Source: Acidimicrobiales bacterium (GTDB taxonomy: Bacteria; Actinomycetota; Acidimicrobiia; Acidimicrobiales; Poriferisodalaceae). From it: 64,000 nucleotides of DNA. This document shows, piece after piece, positions 38,521-46,934 of the stretch. The DNA is taken from NCBI GenBank assembly GCA_965116245.1, contig OZ220497.1:870939-934938 (forward strand), read 5' to 3'. The first letter of the stretch is position 1; every line of letters starts with the position of its first letter. The notes under the pieces were generated by a model that was not told where the DNA came from, did no database searches, and saw only the letters and a program-made list of their open reading frames with translations. Made by a program: the position numbers and the translations under genes.

Positions 38521-38549
38521 TTGACACGCGTAACCCAACGTCGTATGGT
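38521..38549 (+). promoter_or_regulatory. sigma-70-like promoter TTGACA-17 nt-TATGGT
   Basis: Read directly, about 50 nt upstream of ATG 38601. Confidence 0.45.
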
Positions 38550-38600
38550 TTCACTGAGTCGACAGCAAGTCAACGACCGCCCAAACACATCAGGATTGGT

Positions 38601-39575
38601 ATGGAAGTTCACGGAGGGGGCACGGCGCCCGAGCTCGGGTCCGAGGACGAAGGGCACCACCCGACCGGCAACGACGAGACCTGGCAGGAGAGCGTGGTTC
38701 TCGTCTGGTGGGACCTCACTGCCGAGGTCGGGGGAATGCACCGCATCGGCTATGAGCCGAACTGGCGAGACGGCGGCCAAGTCTCATTGTGGAACAACAT
38801 CTTCTCTGCCGATGCTGTCTTCAAGCGCTCCGCGACGATCCCCCTCACGGACGTTCACCCGACCGGCACGATCTTCTCTTCGGGCGATGGCACCTGCCAG
38901 TTCGAATACACCGACCACGCGATCTGGACGATCTCAGAGGAGGAGGTCCAGGCCGAGTTGCACGTGACCGATGCCCACACGCCGGTTGACATCTATCCCA
39001 AGCAGTCCACCCTCGGCCAAGACTTCGCGCCGAATCACATGGAGGTCGGCGGAACGGTGCGGGGGACATGCACCATCGATGGGCGCCGCTACGACGTCGA
39101 TGGGCTAGCCTTTCGCGACCACGGCTGGGGGACACGTCGGTGGGATACCCTGCTGAGCCATCGCTGGGTCGCTGGCGCATTCGCGCCCGACTTCAGCTTC
39201 TTCGCGGTGTCGTTCCACACCAGCGATGACGAAATCGTCGGTTTCGGCTGCGTGATCCGGGAGGGTGTCCTAATCTACGCCCAGGTCGACATCGTGGCGT
39301 ACCTTGAAGTCGACGGTCTCACCCACCGAGGTGGTCGAGTGACGATGTCTCTGACGACAGGCGAGACGCTCGTGCTCGAGTGCGACGCCTTGCAGAAGGG
39401 AACCGTTTCCTGGATTCACGACATTGCCTGCGTCGACACGATGTGCAAGGTGACTCTCGGCGACCGCGTGGGAATGTGTGATTTTGAGACGACCAACAAC
39501 GCACTTCGAGGGTCACATCAACCGAGGAAGGCGATCGGCGGCTACATCGAGAACGGGCTGCACCGAATCCAGTGA
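38601..39575 (+). CDS. conserved-looking beta-rich protein of unknown function (RDHGWGTRRW motif; possibly CrtC/AttH-like)
   Basis: 324 aa with no TM segment. The family assignment is a weak recollection. Its stop overlaps the GTG of the next gene (GTGA). Confidence 0.6.
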   Translation: MEVHGGGTAPELGSEDEGHHPTGNDETWQESVVLVWWDLTAEVGGMHRIGYEPNWRDGGQVSLWNNIFSADAVFKRSATIPLTDVHPTGTIFSSGDGTCQFEYTDHAIWTISEEEVQAELHVTDAHTPVDIYPKQSTLGQDFAPNHMEVGGTVRGTCTIDGRRYDVDGLAFRDHGWGTRRWDTLLSHRWVAGAFAPDFSFFAVSFHTSDDEIVGFGCVIREGVLIYAQVDIVAYLEVDGLTHRGGRVTMSLTTGETLVLECDALQKGTVSWIHDIACVDTMCKVTLGDRVGMCDFETTNNALRGSHQPRKAIGGYIENGLHRIQ

Positions 39576-41209
39576 GAACCGCAGGAGACGCGATGGACCT
39601 CAACCGTAGCCCTGTACACACCCGATCGCACCCGACCACGAGATGGTCCCGGGCGAACTTCGCCGAAGCGGTCCAAGGAGTCCAGACTCCCCTGGGCTGG
39701 ACATTTTGGGATCACGTCGCCGAGACCTCGGTGCGCCAGTGCTTCTCCGACATCGGTGGTATTGCGGCCAAGGACGCCCCGCCCCCAGCCGACCCGAACC
39801 TTAAGTTCAACGCGCCGTTCTTCGGTCTCCCGGCTGGCAACGTCACCTTCTTTCACTCTATCGGCGAGGCGCTCCCGGGAACCTCTGGCGACGTCGTCAT
39901 CAAGCAAATGTTCGGGGAGGAGCCCGGGGTCGTCACCCCCAGCGCCCGCGCGAGCTGGCTCCGACCGATCATTGCGGGATTCAAGATGCCAGCGGCTGCG
40001 ATCCGCTCGACGCGGCGGGTCGTCACCGTCCACAACCAAGTCGCAGACTGGTGGCGTCGAGGGGTGCTCAAGCAACCGCCGGACGACCTGGCCGGAGCGC
40101 AACGGCTGTTGAACGAGGCGGCCGAGTGGTTCATCCGCGTTGGACGGCATCACGCGACGGTGTCGCTGATCGGTCAAGCCCTAGTCGAACAAGTTGAACT
40201 CGTCATTGAGCACGCGTTCGGTGACCGAAGCCGAACCTCTGATGTCCTCACCGGCCTCGGGGGCATGGAGGAGACAAAACTCATGACCGCGATCTGGGAG
40301 GCGGCCCAGGGGCAAAGCGACGTCGCCTCGATCATCGCCGCCTTCGGCTTCCACGGACCCGACGAGGGAAACGTGACGAGCGTCTCGTGGCGAGAAGACG
40401 ACGGCCCGGTTCACGACCTCGTGGCCAACTATGAGGATGCCGGGGTGCATGACCCACGGGAGCGAGAACGCGAGCAGACCACCAAGCGCGAGGTCGTCGA
40501 GCGGGAACTCCTCGATGCGCTCGACCCGCTCAGACGCCAGCGCGCCAAGATCGTGCTTCGCCTCACGCGCACGCTCGTCCCCCGCCGCGAGATCGGCAAG
40601 GCTGGCTTCCTGATGGCGATCGATGGCGCACGCTGCGCCGCACGGTGCGCTGGTAGTGAGATGGCGCGGGCCGGAACGCTCAACGAAACCGACGACATCT
40701 TTTTCGTCACCTTCGACGAACTGGCAAGCGGGGATCAGGTCGACCGCGCAACGATCGAGTCGCGCAAACGACACCATCGCCACTTCGAAGGGCTGACCGT
40801 TGCCCAGGCATGGACTGGGAACCCGGACCCGATCGAAGACCCTGACGTCAGCGAGGCCAGTGCGCCGCGAACGAGGCCGCCGGGAAACGTCGTCCAAGGG
40901 ATCGGCGTCGTGGGTGGGACAGTCCGGGGGCGCGCGCGGGTCTTGGACGACCCGACCTCGGGTCCACTGGCGCCAGGCGAGATACTCGTTTGCCGAACGA
41001 CTGATCCGAGCTGGACACCGCTATTCCTGGTCGCTGACGCTCTGGTGATCGACACTGGCGGATCGATGAGCCACGGTGCGATCGTGGCGCGGGAACTCGG
41101 CGTGACGTGCGTGATCAACACGATCGATGGCACGGCCGCGATTCCCGACGGCGCCATGATCGAAGTCAACGGCAGCGACGGCACCGCCGTCATCATCGAT
41201 GCCGAATAG
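39572..41209 (+). CDS. PEP-utiliser swivel-His domain protein, paralogue of 19360..21117
   Basis: The C-terminus is GEILVCRTTDPSWTPLFLVADALVIDTGGSMSHGAIVARELGVTCV. The alternative start is ATG 39593. Confidence 0.8.
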   Translation: MRTAGDAMDLNRSPVHTRSHPTTRWSRANFAEAVQGVQTPLGWTFWDHVAETSVRQCFSDIGGIAAKDAPPPADPNLKFNAPFFGLPAGNVTFFHSIGEALPGTSGDVVIKQMFGEEPGVVTPSARASWLRPIIAGFKMPAAAIRSTRRVVTVHNQVADWWRRGVLKQPPDDLAGAQRLLNEAAEWFIRVGRHHATVSLIGQALVEQVELVIEHAFGDRSRTSDVLTGLGGMEETKLMTAIWEAAQGQSDVASIIAAFGFHGPDEGNVTSVSWREDDGPVHDLVANYEDAGVHDPREREREQTTKREVVERELLDALDPLRRQRAKIVLRLTRTLVPRREIGKAGFLMAIDGARCAARCAGSEMARAGTLNETDDIFFVTFDELASGDQVDRATIESRKRHHRHFEGLTVAQAWTGNPDPIEDPDVSEASAPRTRPPGNVVQGIGVVGGTVRGRARVLDDPTSGPLAPGEILVCRTTDPSWTPLFLVADALVIDTGGSMSHGAIVARELGVTCVINTIDGTAAIPDGAMIEVNGSDGTAVIIDAE

Positions 41210-41250
41210 GCGCGCCAGCGACCGCTTGGGATCCGGCCACGCGGCATGGT

Positions 41251-43161
41251 TCAGCCCGCTATGCCGACGTCTGCGCCGCCTCCATCGCGCCGTTCTTCGA
41301 GGAGCTGCTTGAGACGCGCCGACAAGCTCGTGAGGCCGTCGGGCATGAGAGTGAGGGTGAGCAACACCAGGAGGCCGCTTGCCAGATCGATGACATCGGG
41401 GGAAGCGCCGAGTTCACTGGCGAGGTACGTGAGCAGTCCACCGGAGACCAGCATCCCGGCGACGACCCCGCCCCCGGCGGCGCCAACACCACCGATCACG
41501 ACCACCACGAGCAGGAACACGGACTGGAGCGAGACGAAGGAAGCGGCCGACACTCGGCCTGATCGATAGCCCAGCAGAGCGCCGCCAGCGGCCGCCATCG
41601 ATGCTGAGATCGAGAACGCGAGCAGTTTCACTCGAGGAACCGAGATCCCGACGCCCTCGGCCCCTCGCTCGTTGATCCGTACCGCGAGAAACGACTGACC
41701 GGCTGGCCTGCTTCGGATCAACTGAACGACGAGGCAGGCCAGCGCTAGTGCGATCACCACCACTACGCCAAATCGCCGTGGATGTTCGAAGCTGTCGAGG
41801 CTCCAACCGGCGAGGCTCGGTCGCGGAAACTCGATCCCTTCAGGGAAACGATCACGGTCGCTGAAAAACATCTCGTCGAACATCACGGCAACACCGAGCG
41901 TCACGATGGCGAGGTTCACGCCGCGGACCCGAATCGACGGTGCGCCAAGGGCGAGACCGATCGGGAAAACGAGGAGGACCGCAACGAGGACCGGGAGCGG
42001 GAAAGGGAGGTTAAGACTGATCGCTGCCCATGACCCGAACGCCGCGCCGAGCCCGGCGAAGGTCATTTGGGCGAGTGAGAGCTGCCCCACGAAACCCACC
42101 ACGAGCACGAGCGACACGGCGACGATCGCGAGAATGGCGCTTCGAGTCAGCGGATCGATGATCGCGGACGGGCCCAGAACCATGGCCGCACCCCCCACCG
42201 CTGCGACGGCCGCTGGCAACCGGGCCGGTTTCTTGACCGGTGGTGCGGCGGGGAGACTGCTTTCGAAAGAAACCTCACGAGTCGGAATCGCGCTGCCCGT
42301 GGCGACAATGACGACGATCAGGACGATGAAGGGCACGGCTTCGGGCCACCCAGGCAAGCCGGTGAACTCGGAGATATCGGCGATCCGGCCGCTGACCACC
42401 GCCTGGACTGCTGCGACGGCGAGACTCGCAACGAGGGCCACAACGACCGATCGGAAACCGGCGATTGCTGCAGTGGCGAGCGCCACGACAACGAGCAGGG
42501 TCAGGCCCAAGACCGAAACGGTCGTGATGCTCGAGAGCAAGACCCCGGCGAATCCCGACAGCGCTCCACCGAGCATCCAGTTCGACGTCGAGGCGATGTC
42601 GGGGCTGTGACCGCTCAGCGAGACCCCCGCCTCGCCGTCGGCCATGGCGCGACTCACAAGGCCGAAGGACGTGTTTCGATAGACGGCGGCGACGATGACC
42701 ACGACGACCGTCGCCGTCACCAGAATGAACAAACGGTCTCTCGTGAGGACATAGTCCCCGGGGAGCGTGAACGTCCCCCGTTCGAAGAGCCGAACCTGCG
42801 GGGTGCTTCCGTCGACGAGGAACAGGTTCACGACGGCTTGCACGACGACGAGCAACCCGAGCGTTGCCGTCACCCGGACGAACATGGCCGCGGACCGCAG
42901 CCGACGCATGACGAGCCAGTCGAAGAGACCGGCAACGGCCGCCGCGGCCACCGTGCCAACGATCGCTGCAGGCACAGCGCCGAGGCGATCCCCGTCGGCG
43001 TGGACCCACGCAGCGACATAGGCACCGAGAGCAGCGAGCGCCCCAGTTCCCAGATTGAGTGTCTTCGATCCTCGGTAGATGACGATGAGGGCGAGAGCCA
43101 AAAGCCCGTAGGCCGCGCCAGCGCCCACGCTTGCCAACGCGATCTGCAGATCGAACCTCAC
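41251..43161 (-). CDS. fused LivH/LivM-type branched-chain amino acid ABC permease
   Basis: About 636 aa with two permease halves. GTG 43161 overlaps the livF stop (GTGA). Confidence 0.8.
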   Translation of the reverse strand: MRFDLQIALASVGAGAAYGLLALALIVIYRGSKTLNLGTGALAALGAYVAAWVHADGDRLGAVPAAIVGTVAAAAVAGLFDWLVMRRLRSAAMFVRVTATLGLLVVVQAVVNLFLVDGSTPQVRLFERGTFTLPGDYVLTRDRLFILVTATVVVVIVAAVYRNTSFGLVSRAMADGEAGVSLSGHSPDIASTSNWMLGGALSGFAGVLLSSITTVSVLGLTLLVVVALATAAIAGFRSVVVALVASLAVAAVQAVVSGRIADISEFTGLPGWPEAVPFIVLIVVIVATGSAIPTREVSFESSLPAAPPVKKPARLPAAVAAVGGAAMVLGPSAIIDPLTRSAILAIVAVSLVLVVGFVGQLSLAQMTFAGLGAAFGSWAAISLNLPFPLPVLVAVLLVFPIGLALGAPSIRVRGVNLAIVTLGVAVMFDEMFFSDRDRFPEGIEFPRPSLAGWSLDSFEHPRRFGVVVVIALALACLVVQLIRSRPAGQSFLAVRINERGAEGVGISVPRVKLLAFSISASMAAAGGALLGYRSGRVSAASFVSLQSVFLLVVVVIGGVGAAGGGVVAGMLVSGGLLTYLASELGASPDVIDLASGLLVLLTLTLMPDGLTSLSARLKQLLEERRDGGGADVGIAG

Positions 43162-43850
43162 GAAGACCCTCCGAGGTAGCTGGCTTCCAAGGCGGTACGG
43201 TTGGCCAACAGCGCCTGCGCCGTCTCCTCCATGGTGACCCTTCCCAGCGAGAGCACGTAGGCCCGGCTCGCGGTGTGGAGTGATTGCCGGACATGTTGCT
43301 CGACGAGCACGACGGCAAGGTTGCGATCCGCTGCTGCTTCGCAAAGCCGCTCAAGCAATCGATCGACGACCCGCGGCGCCAGCCCGAGCGAGAGCTCGTC
43401 GACGAAGAACAGGCGAGGGCGCGTCGCCAGGGCTCTCGCCAGCGCCACCATCTGTTGCTCGCCACCGGACAAGAGTCCGGCCCGTAGGTTGAGCTTGTCG
43501 TGGAGTTCGGGGAACAGGTCGACGATCGAGCGGTCGCCTCGGCGAACGAGCCGCAGGTTCTCTGCGACGGTCAACCCCGACACGATGCCGCGTTCCTCGG
43601 GCACGAGCGCCATCCCTGCCCTGACCCGCCAATGCGGCGGAGTGTCGCGGAGGTCATCGCCATCGAACCGGACCGAGCCCGCCATAGGGCGTATGAAGCC
43701 CATGATGGTCGAGAGCAACGTCGTCTTTCCTGCGCCGTTCGGCCCGAGGATCGCCACGATCTCGCCAGCCTCGACATCGATGTCGACCTCGTGGACCGCG
43801 GCGTTGTTCCCGTAGCCCGCGACCAGACCGGTTACTTTGAGCAGGCTCAT
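43158..43850 (-). CDS. livF: ABC transporter ATP-binding protein, LivF type
   Basis: Contains GPNGAGKTT, LSGGEQQM and FVDE. Confidence 0.9.
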   Translation of the reverse strand: MSLLKVTGLVAGYGNNAAVHEVDIDVEAGEIVAILGPNGAGKTTLLSTIMGFIRPMAGSVRFDGDDLRDTPPHWRVRAGMALVPEERGIVSGLTVAENLRLVRRGDRSIVDLFPELHDKLNLRAGLLSGGEQQMVALARALATRPRLFFVDELSLGLAPRVVDRLLERLCEAAADRNLAVVLVEQHVRQSLHTASRAYVLSLGRVTMEETAQALLANRTALEASYLGGSS

Positions 43851-44590
43851 GCGCCCGATCCCAAGTAGGCCTCGACGACCCGGGGATCGGCCACAACCTC
43901 CATGGGATTTCCTGAGGCGATGAGTTCGCCGAAGTCGAGGACGAACAGATCGTCGCAGACCTTGAGGACGAGGGACATGTCGTGATCGATCAGCAAGATC
44001 CCTACCCCTGTCGACGCGATCGCTCGCAGCACGTCACCCAGCTCTGCAGTCTCATCGTGATCGAGACCCGCCGCGGGCTCGTCGACCAAGAGACACGAGG
44101 GTTGGCACATCAGAGCCCGAGCGAGAGCCACCCGCCGGAGATCACCCGCTGACAGGTCAGCAGCGGGCGTGTCCGCGAGGTGCGAGACACCCAGGAGGTT
44201 CAACACCGTCGCGGGCTCGAACGAACCATCGCGCCGAGACCCCGCACCCGCGACCGTGAGGTTCTCGCCAACTGTCAGATCATCAAACAGCTCGAGGTTC
44301 TGGAATGTCCGGACGAGGCCTGCGCGCACTCGCCGACTCGGCTTCATCGCGCCCAGCGACTCATCACCGAGCAAGACTTCGCCCGAGCGCACCGGAAGGA
44401 AACCAGTGACCGCGTCAACGAGGGTGGTCTTCCCCGCTCCATTGGCTCCGACCAGCCCCACGACCCGGCCCGGTTCTACGACAAGGGTCACATCGTGAAC
44501 TACGCGTGTCGACCCATAGGCGACATCAAGGTTCCGGATGGCGAGCGCGCGGCGGCAGTCATGTTCCAGTACGTCCCAGATGCCGCTCAT
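43847..44590 (-). CDS. livG: ABC transporter ATP-binding protein, LivG type
   Basis: Contains GANGAGKTT, LSAGDLRRV and LVDEPAAGL. Confidence 0.9.
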   Translation of the reverse strand: MSGIWDVLEHDCRRALAIRNLDVAYGSTRVVHDVTLVVEPGRVVGLVGANGAGKTTLVDAVTGFLPVRSGEVLLGDESLGAMKPSRRVRAGLVRTFQNLELFDDLTVGENLTVAGAGSRRDGSFEPATVLNLLGVSHLADTPAADLSAGDLRRVALARALMCQPSCLLVDEPAAGLDHDETAELGDVLRAIASTGVGILLIDHDMSLVLKVCDDLFVLDFGELIASGNPMEVVADPRVVEAYLGSGA

Positions 44591-44824
44591 CTCCCCCCTG
44601 TCCCACCGCCTCGGCCCTCTCTGGCGGGGTCGGCGTATCCCAACGCCAGTTGATTACCAACGACAGACCTCGCCAGCGGGGCACGCCCGCAGGCGAGCAC
44701 TCCCTCCCAACGGCCTGCCGCGCTGCGTGTTCGGAAGGCTACTTGATAATCTAGCAGTGTTAGGCAACTATGGTCTCATTGTCGGAGGTGAAAGTCGCCT
44801 CCACGAGCATCTAGGGAGAAGACC

Positions 44825-46108
44825 ATGTTCAAGGGGAAGCGACTCGCCATCGCCATCATGTTGCTGTTCGCACTCGTCGCCGCGTCGTGCGGTTCCGACG
44901 ATGACAACTCCACGGTGTCGGATGGCGACGCCGCAGACAGTGCCGCGACCGAGGAACAAGAGGCAACGGGAGCCGACGAAGCGGAGCCAGCCGAAGAAGA
45001 CCCAGTGGAACAAGACCCTGCCGAAGAGGAGCCCCAGGCAGCGGCGCCTTCCGGCGAGCCGATTCGGGTTGCCAACATCTTCTCCCAGGCAGGCCCGATC
45101 GATCTCCACTTCACACCGGCAGGATTCGATGCCTGGGTGGCGGACGTCAACAGTCGAGGCGGCATCCACGGGCGCCCGGTTGAGGTCGTGAGCTGCAACG
45201 ACGAACTCGATCCCGCGTTGAACGAGGAGTGCGCCCGTTCGATCGTCGGCGACGACACGATCATCGCCGTAGCAGGCGGAATCGCAGGGCTCGAACCATG
45301 GATCCCGATCCTCACCGAAAGCGGAGTCGGCGCAATCACGAGCATTCCCACCACGCTTGGCGAGTTCAACGCTCCGAACTTCCTCGCGATCGGAGGTGGC
45401 GCCATCGGCGGCTACGCGAACCTCTTGGCCGACGCGGTCGCGAGCGGCTACGGACGAATTGCTTTCATCCGAACGGATCTTCCGACCGGCAACCAAGCCG
45501 CCAGCATCTTCACCGCCTTCCAAGCCCAGATCCCCGGGTGGGAGTTCATCGACGTTCCGGTAAACGAAGGGGCCGCCGACTTCCTGCCAGCCGTCCAGAA
45601 CGCACTGTCGCAGAACGCCGACTACATCACCACTGGCCTCACCGGCGCTGCCGCAGCGAGGGTCGCACTCGATGCGCAGTCACTCGGCTTCGAAGGGACC
45701 GTCTCACTCATCGGGGGCGGGTTCGACCCAGCGTTGCTCGAGGTCGAGGGATTCGTCCTGACCGCCGACTTCCCCGATCCGAGTGGCAGCTCCGCGGTCA
45801 TCGAGGCCTACCGCGCCAACCTGGCCAATCCCGACGACATCGGCGACGCATCGCTCGGTGGGTACTTCGCCGGACTGACCCTGGAAGAAATCCTCGTCGA
45901 ACTCAGCCCTGACAATCTAACCCGCGAGGCTGTACTCGCCCGCATCGAAGATCCGACACCGCTCACGGTGCCCGAACTTGGCGACCTCGAGGCTGGGTTC
46001 TTCCCGCTGGCCCCACGGCTCGCACGGTCGGCTTCGTGGATTGTGACGGTCGAGGACGGCGAGCTCGTCTACGGCAATCCCGTCGATGCCCTCGGCGCCG
46101 CTGGCTGA
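44825..46108 (+). CDS. ABC substrate-binding lipoprotein (LivJ/type-I periplasmic binding fold)
   Basis: Has a lipobox (LVAASCGS), then an acidic low-complexity linker, then the PBP domain. Confidence 0.8.
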   Translation: MFKGKRLAIAIMLLFALVAASCGSDDDNSTVSDGDAADSAATEEQEATGADEAEPAEEDPVEQDPAEEEPQAAAPSGEPIRVANIFSQAGPIDLHFTPAGFDAWVADVNSRGGIHGRPVEVVSCNDELDPALNEECARSIVGDDTIIAVAGGIAGLEPWIPILTESGVGAITSIPTTLGEFNAPNFLAIGGGAIGGYANLLADAVASGYGRIAFIRTDLPTGNQAASIFTAFQAQIPGWEFIDVPVNEGAADFLPAVQNALSQNADYITTGLTGAAAARVALDAQSLGFEGTVSLIGGGFDPALLEVEGFVLTADFPDPSGSSAVIEAYRANLANPDDIGDASLGGYFAGLTLEEILVELSPDNLTREAVLARIEDPTPLTVPELGDLEAGFFPLAPRLARSASWIVTVEDGELVYGNPVDALGAAG

Positions 46109-46235
46109 GTTCAACCAGCGTGGAACTGCTCCGCTTGCTTGAACTCGGCGGGCTTAGAAGTACGGCGGCGTTAGTAGCCTCCGCCAGAGTGTCGATGCGT
46201 CTTGAATGCCGATACGCCGGATCGGCGAAGCAATG

Positions 46236-46295
46236 TCGGCAAAGTTCGGGTCGGCAGACGTCGGGCCGGCGGAGGCTGGGTCGGCGGAATTTGGG
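46236..46295. repeat. tandem 15-nt units x4 (tcggcNNNNNNtNggg) running into tRNA-Lys
   Basis: Units are tcggcaaagttcggg / tcggcagacgtcggg / ccggcggaggctggg / tcggcggaatttggg. The last ggg is tRNA bases 1-3. Confidence 0.85.
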
Positions 46296-46368
46296 CCGCT
46301 AGCTCATCGGGTAGAGCAGGGGACTTTTAATCCCAAGGTGCCGGGTTCGAGTCCCGGGCGGCCTACCA
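46293..46368 (+). tRNA. tRNA-Lys (anticodon UUU)
   Basis: I folded the cloverleaf by hand. The acceptor stem is GGGCCGC/GCGGCCU, the D arm is GCUC..GAGC, the anticodon loop is CUUUUAA, the T arm is CCGGG-UUCGAGU-CCCGG, and CCA is encoded. Confidence 0.9.
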
Positions 46369-46451
46369 CAGCGAGATACAACCGCCAGCTACACGACCGC
46401 TAGCAAAATAGTGAGCAACACCAGCTAGAGACTCACCTACAGTTTCCCGCC

Positions 46452-46889
46452 GTGGTGACAGTTCCGATCCGAAGGCTGGACCCAGAGCTGGCGTTGCCTA
46501 CGTATGCGAAGCCTGGCGACGCCGGATGTGATCTGCTAGCGGCCAAGTCAGTGACGCTGGCCGCGGCGGGCGGACGCGCCATGGTACCCACAGGCATCGC
46601 CGTGGCCATTCCCGCTGGCTACGCCGGATTTGTGCAACCCCGCAGCGGCTTGGCATTGCGACACGGGGTCACCTGCGTGAACTCGCCCGGCCTAATTGAC
46701 AGCGGATACCGGGACGAACTGCGAGTGCTGCTGTTGAACACCGACCCGGATGAGCCCTACGAGATTCAGCGCGGCGACCGCATCGCCCAGCTAGTAGTCC
46801 AGCGTGTCGAACAGGCCGAATGGCACGAGGTAGACGCGCTCAATGAGACCGAGCGAGGCCTAGGAGGGTTCGGACACTCCGGCCGCTGA
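46452..46889 (+). CDS. dut: dUTP diphosphatase
   Basis: Contains [25 protein letters not shown] and [10 protein letters not shown]. Confidence 0.95.
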   Translation: MVTVPIRRLDPELALPTYAKPGDAGCDLLAAKSVTLAAAGGRAMVPTGIAVAIPAGYAGFVQPRSGLALRHGVTCVNSPGLIDSGYRDELRVLLLNTDPDEPYEIQRGDRIAQLVVQRVEQAEWHEVDALNETERGLGGFGHSGR

Positions 46890-46934
46890 ACTCACGGGTC
46901 ATAGCTGTCACACCCCACCGGTAACCATTTGGCC

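Noticed and set aside
44743-44774. TTGATA ... TATGGT upstream of the substrate-binding protein gene as a canonical promoter.
   Set aside because: The spacer is 20 nt, outside the usual 16-18 nt, so it is not reported as a feature.
14522-46368. A classical tRNA-targeted integrative element using tRNA-Lys as attB.
   Set aside because: No integrase, excisionase or conjugation genes are present. The island lies on the 5' side of the tRNA rather than the 3' side. I found no convincing direct repeat of the tRNA 3' end near 14.5-14.9 kb.
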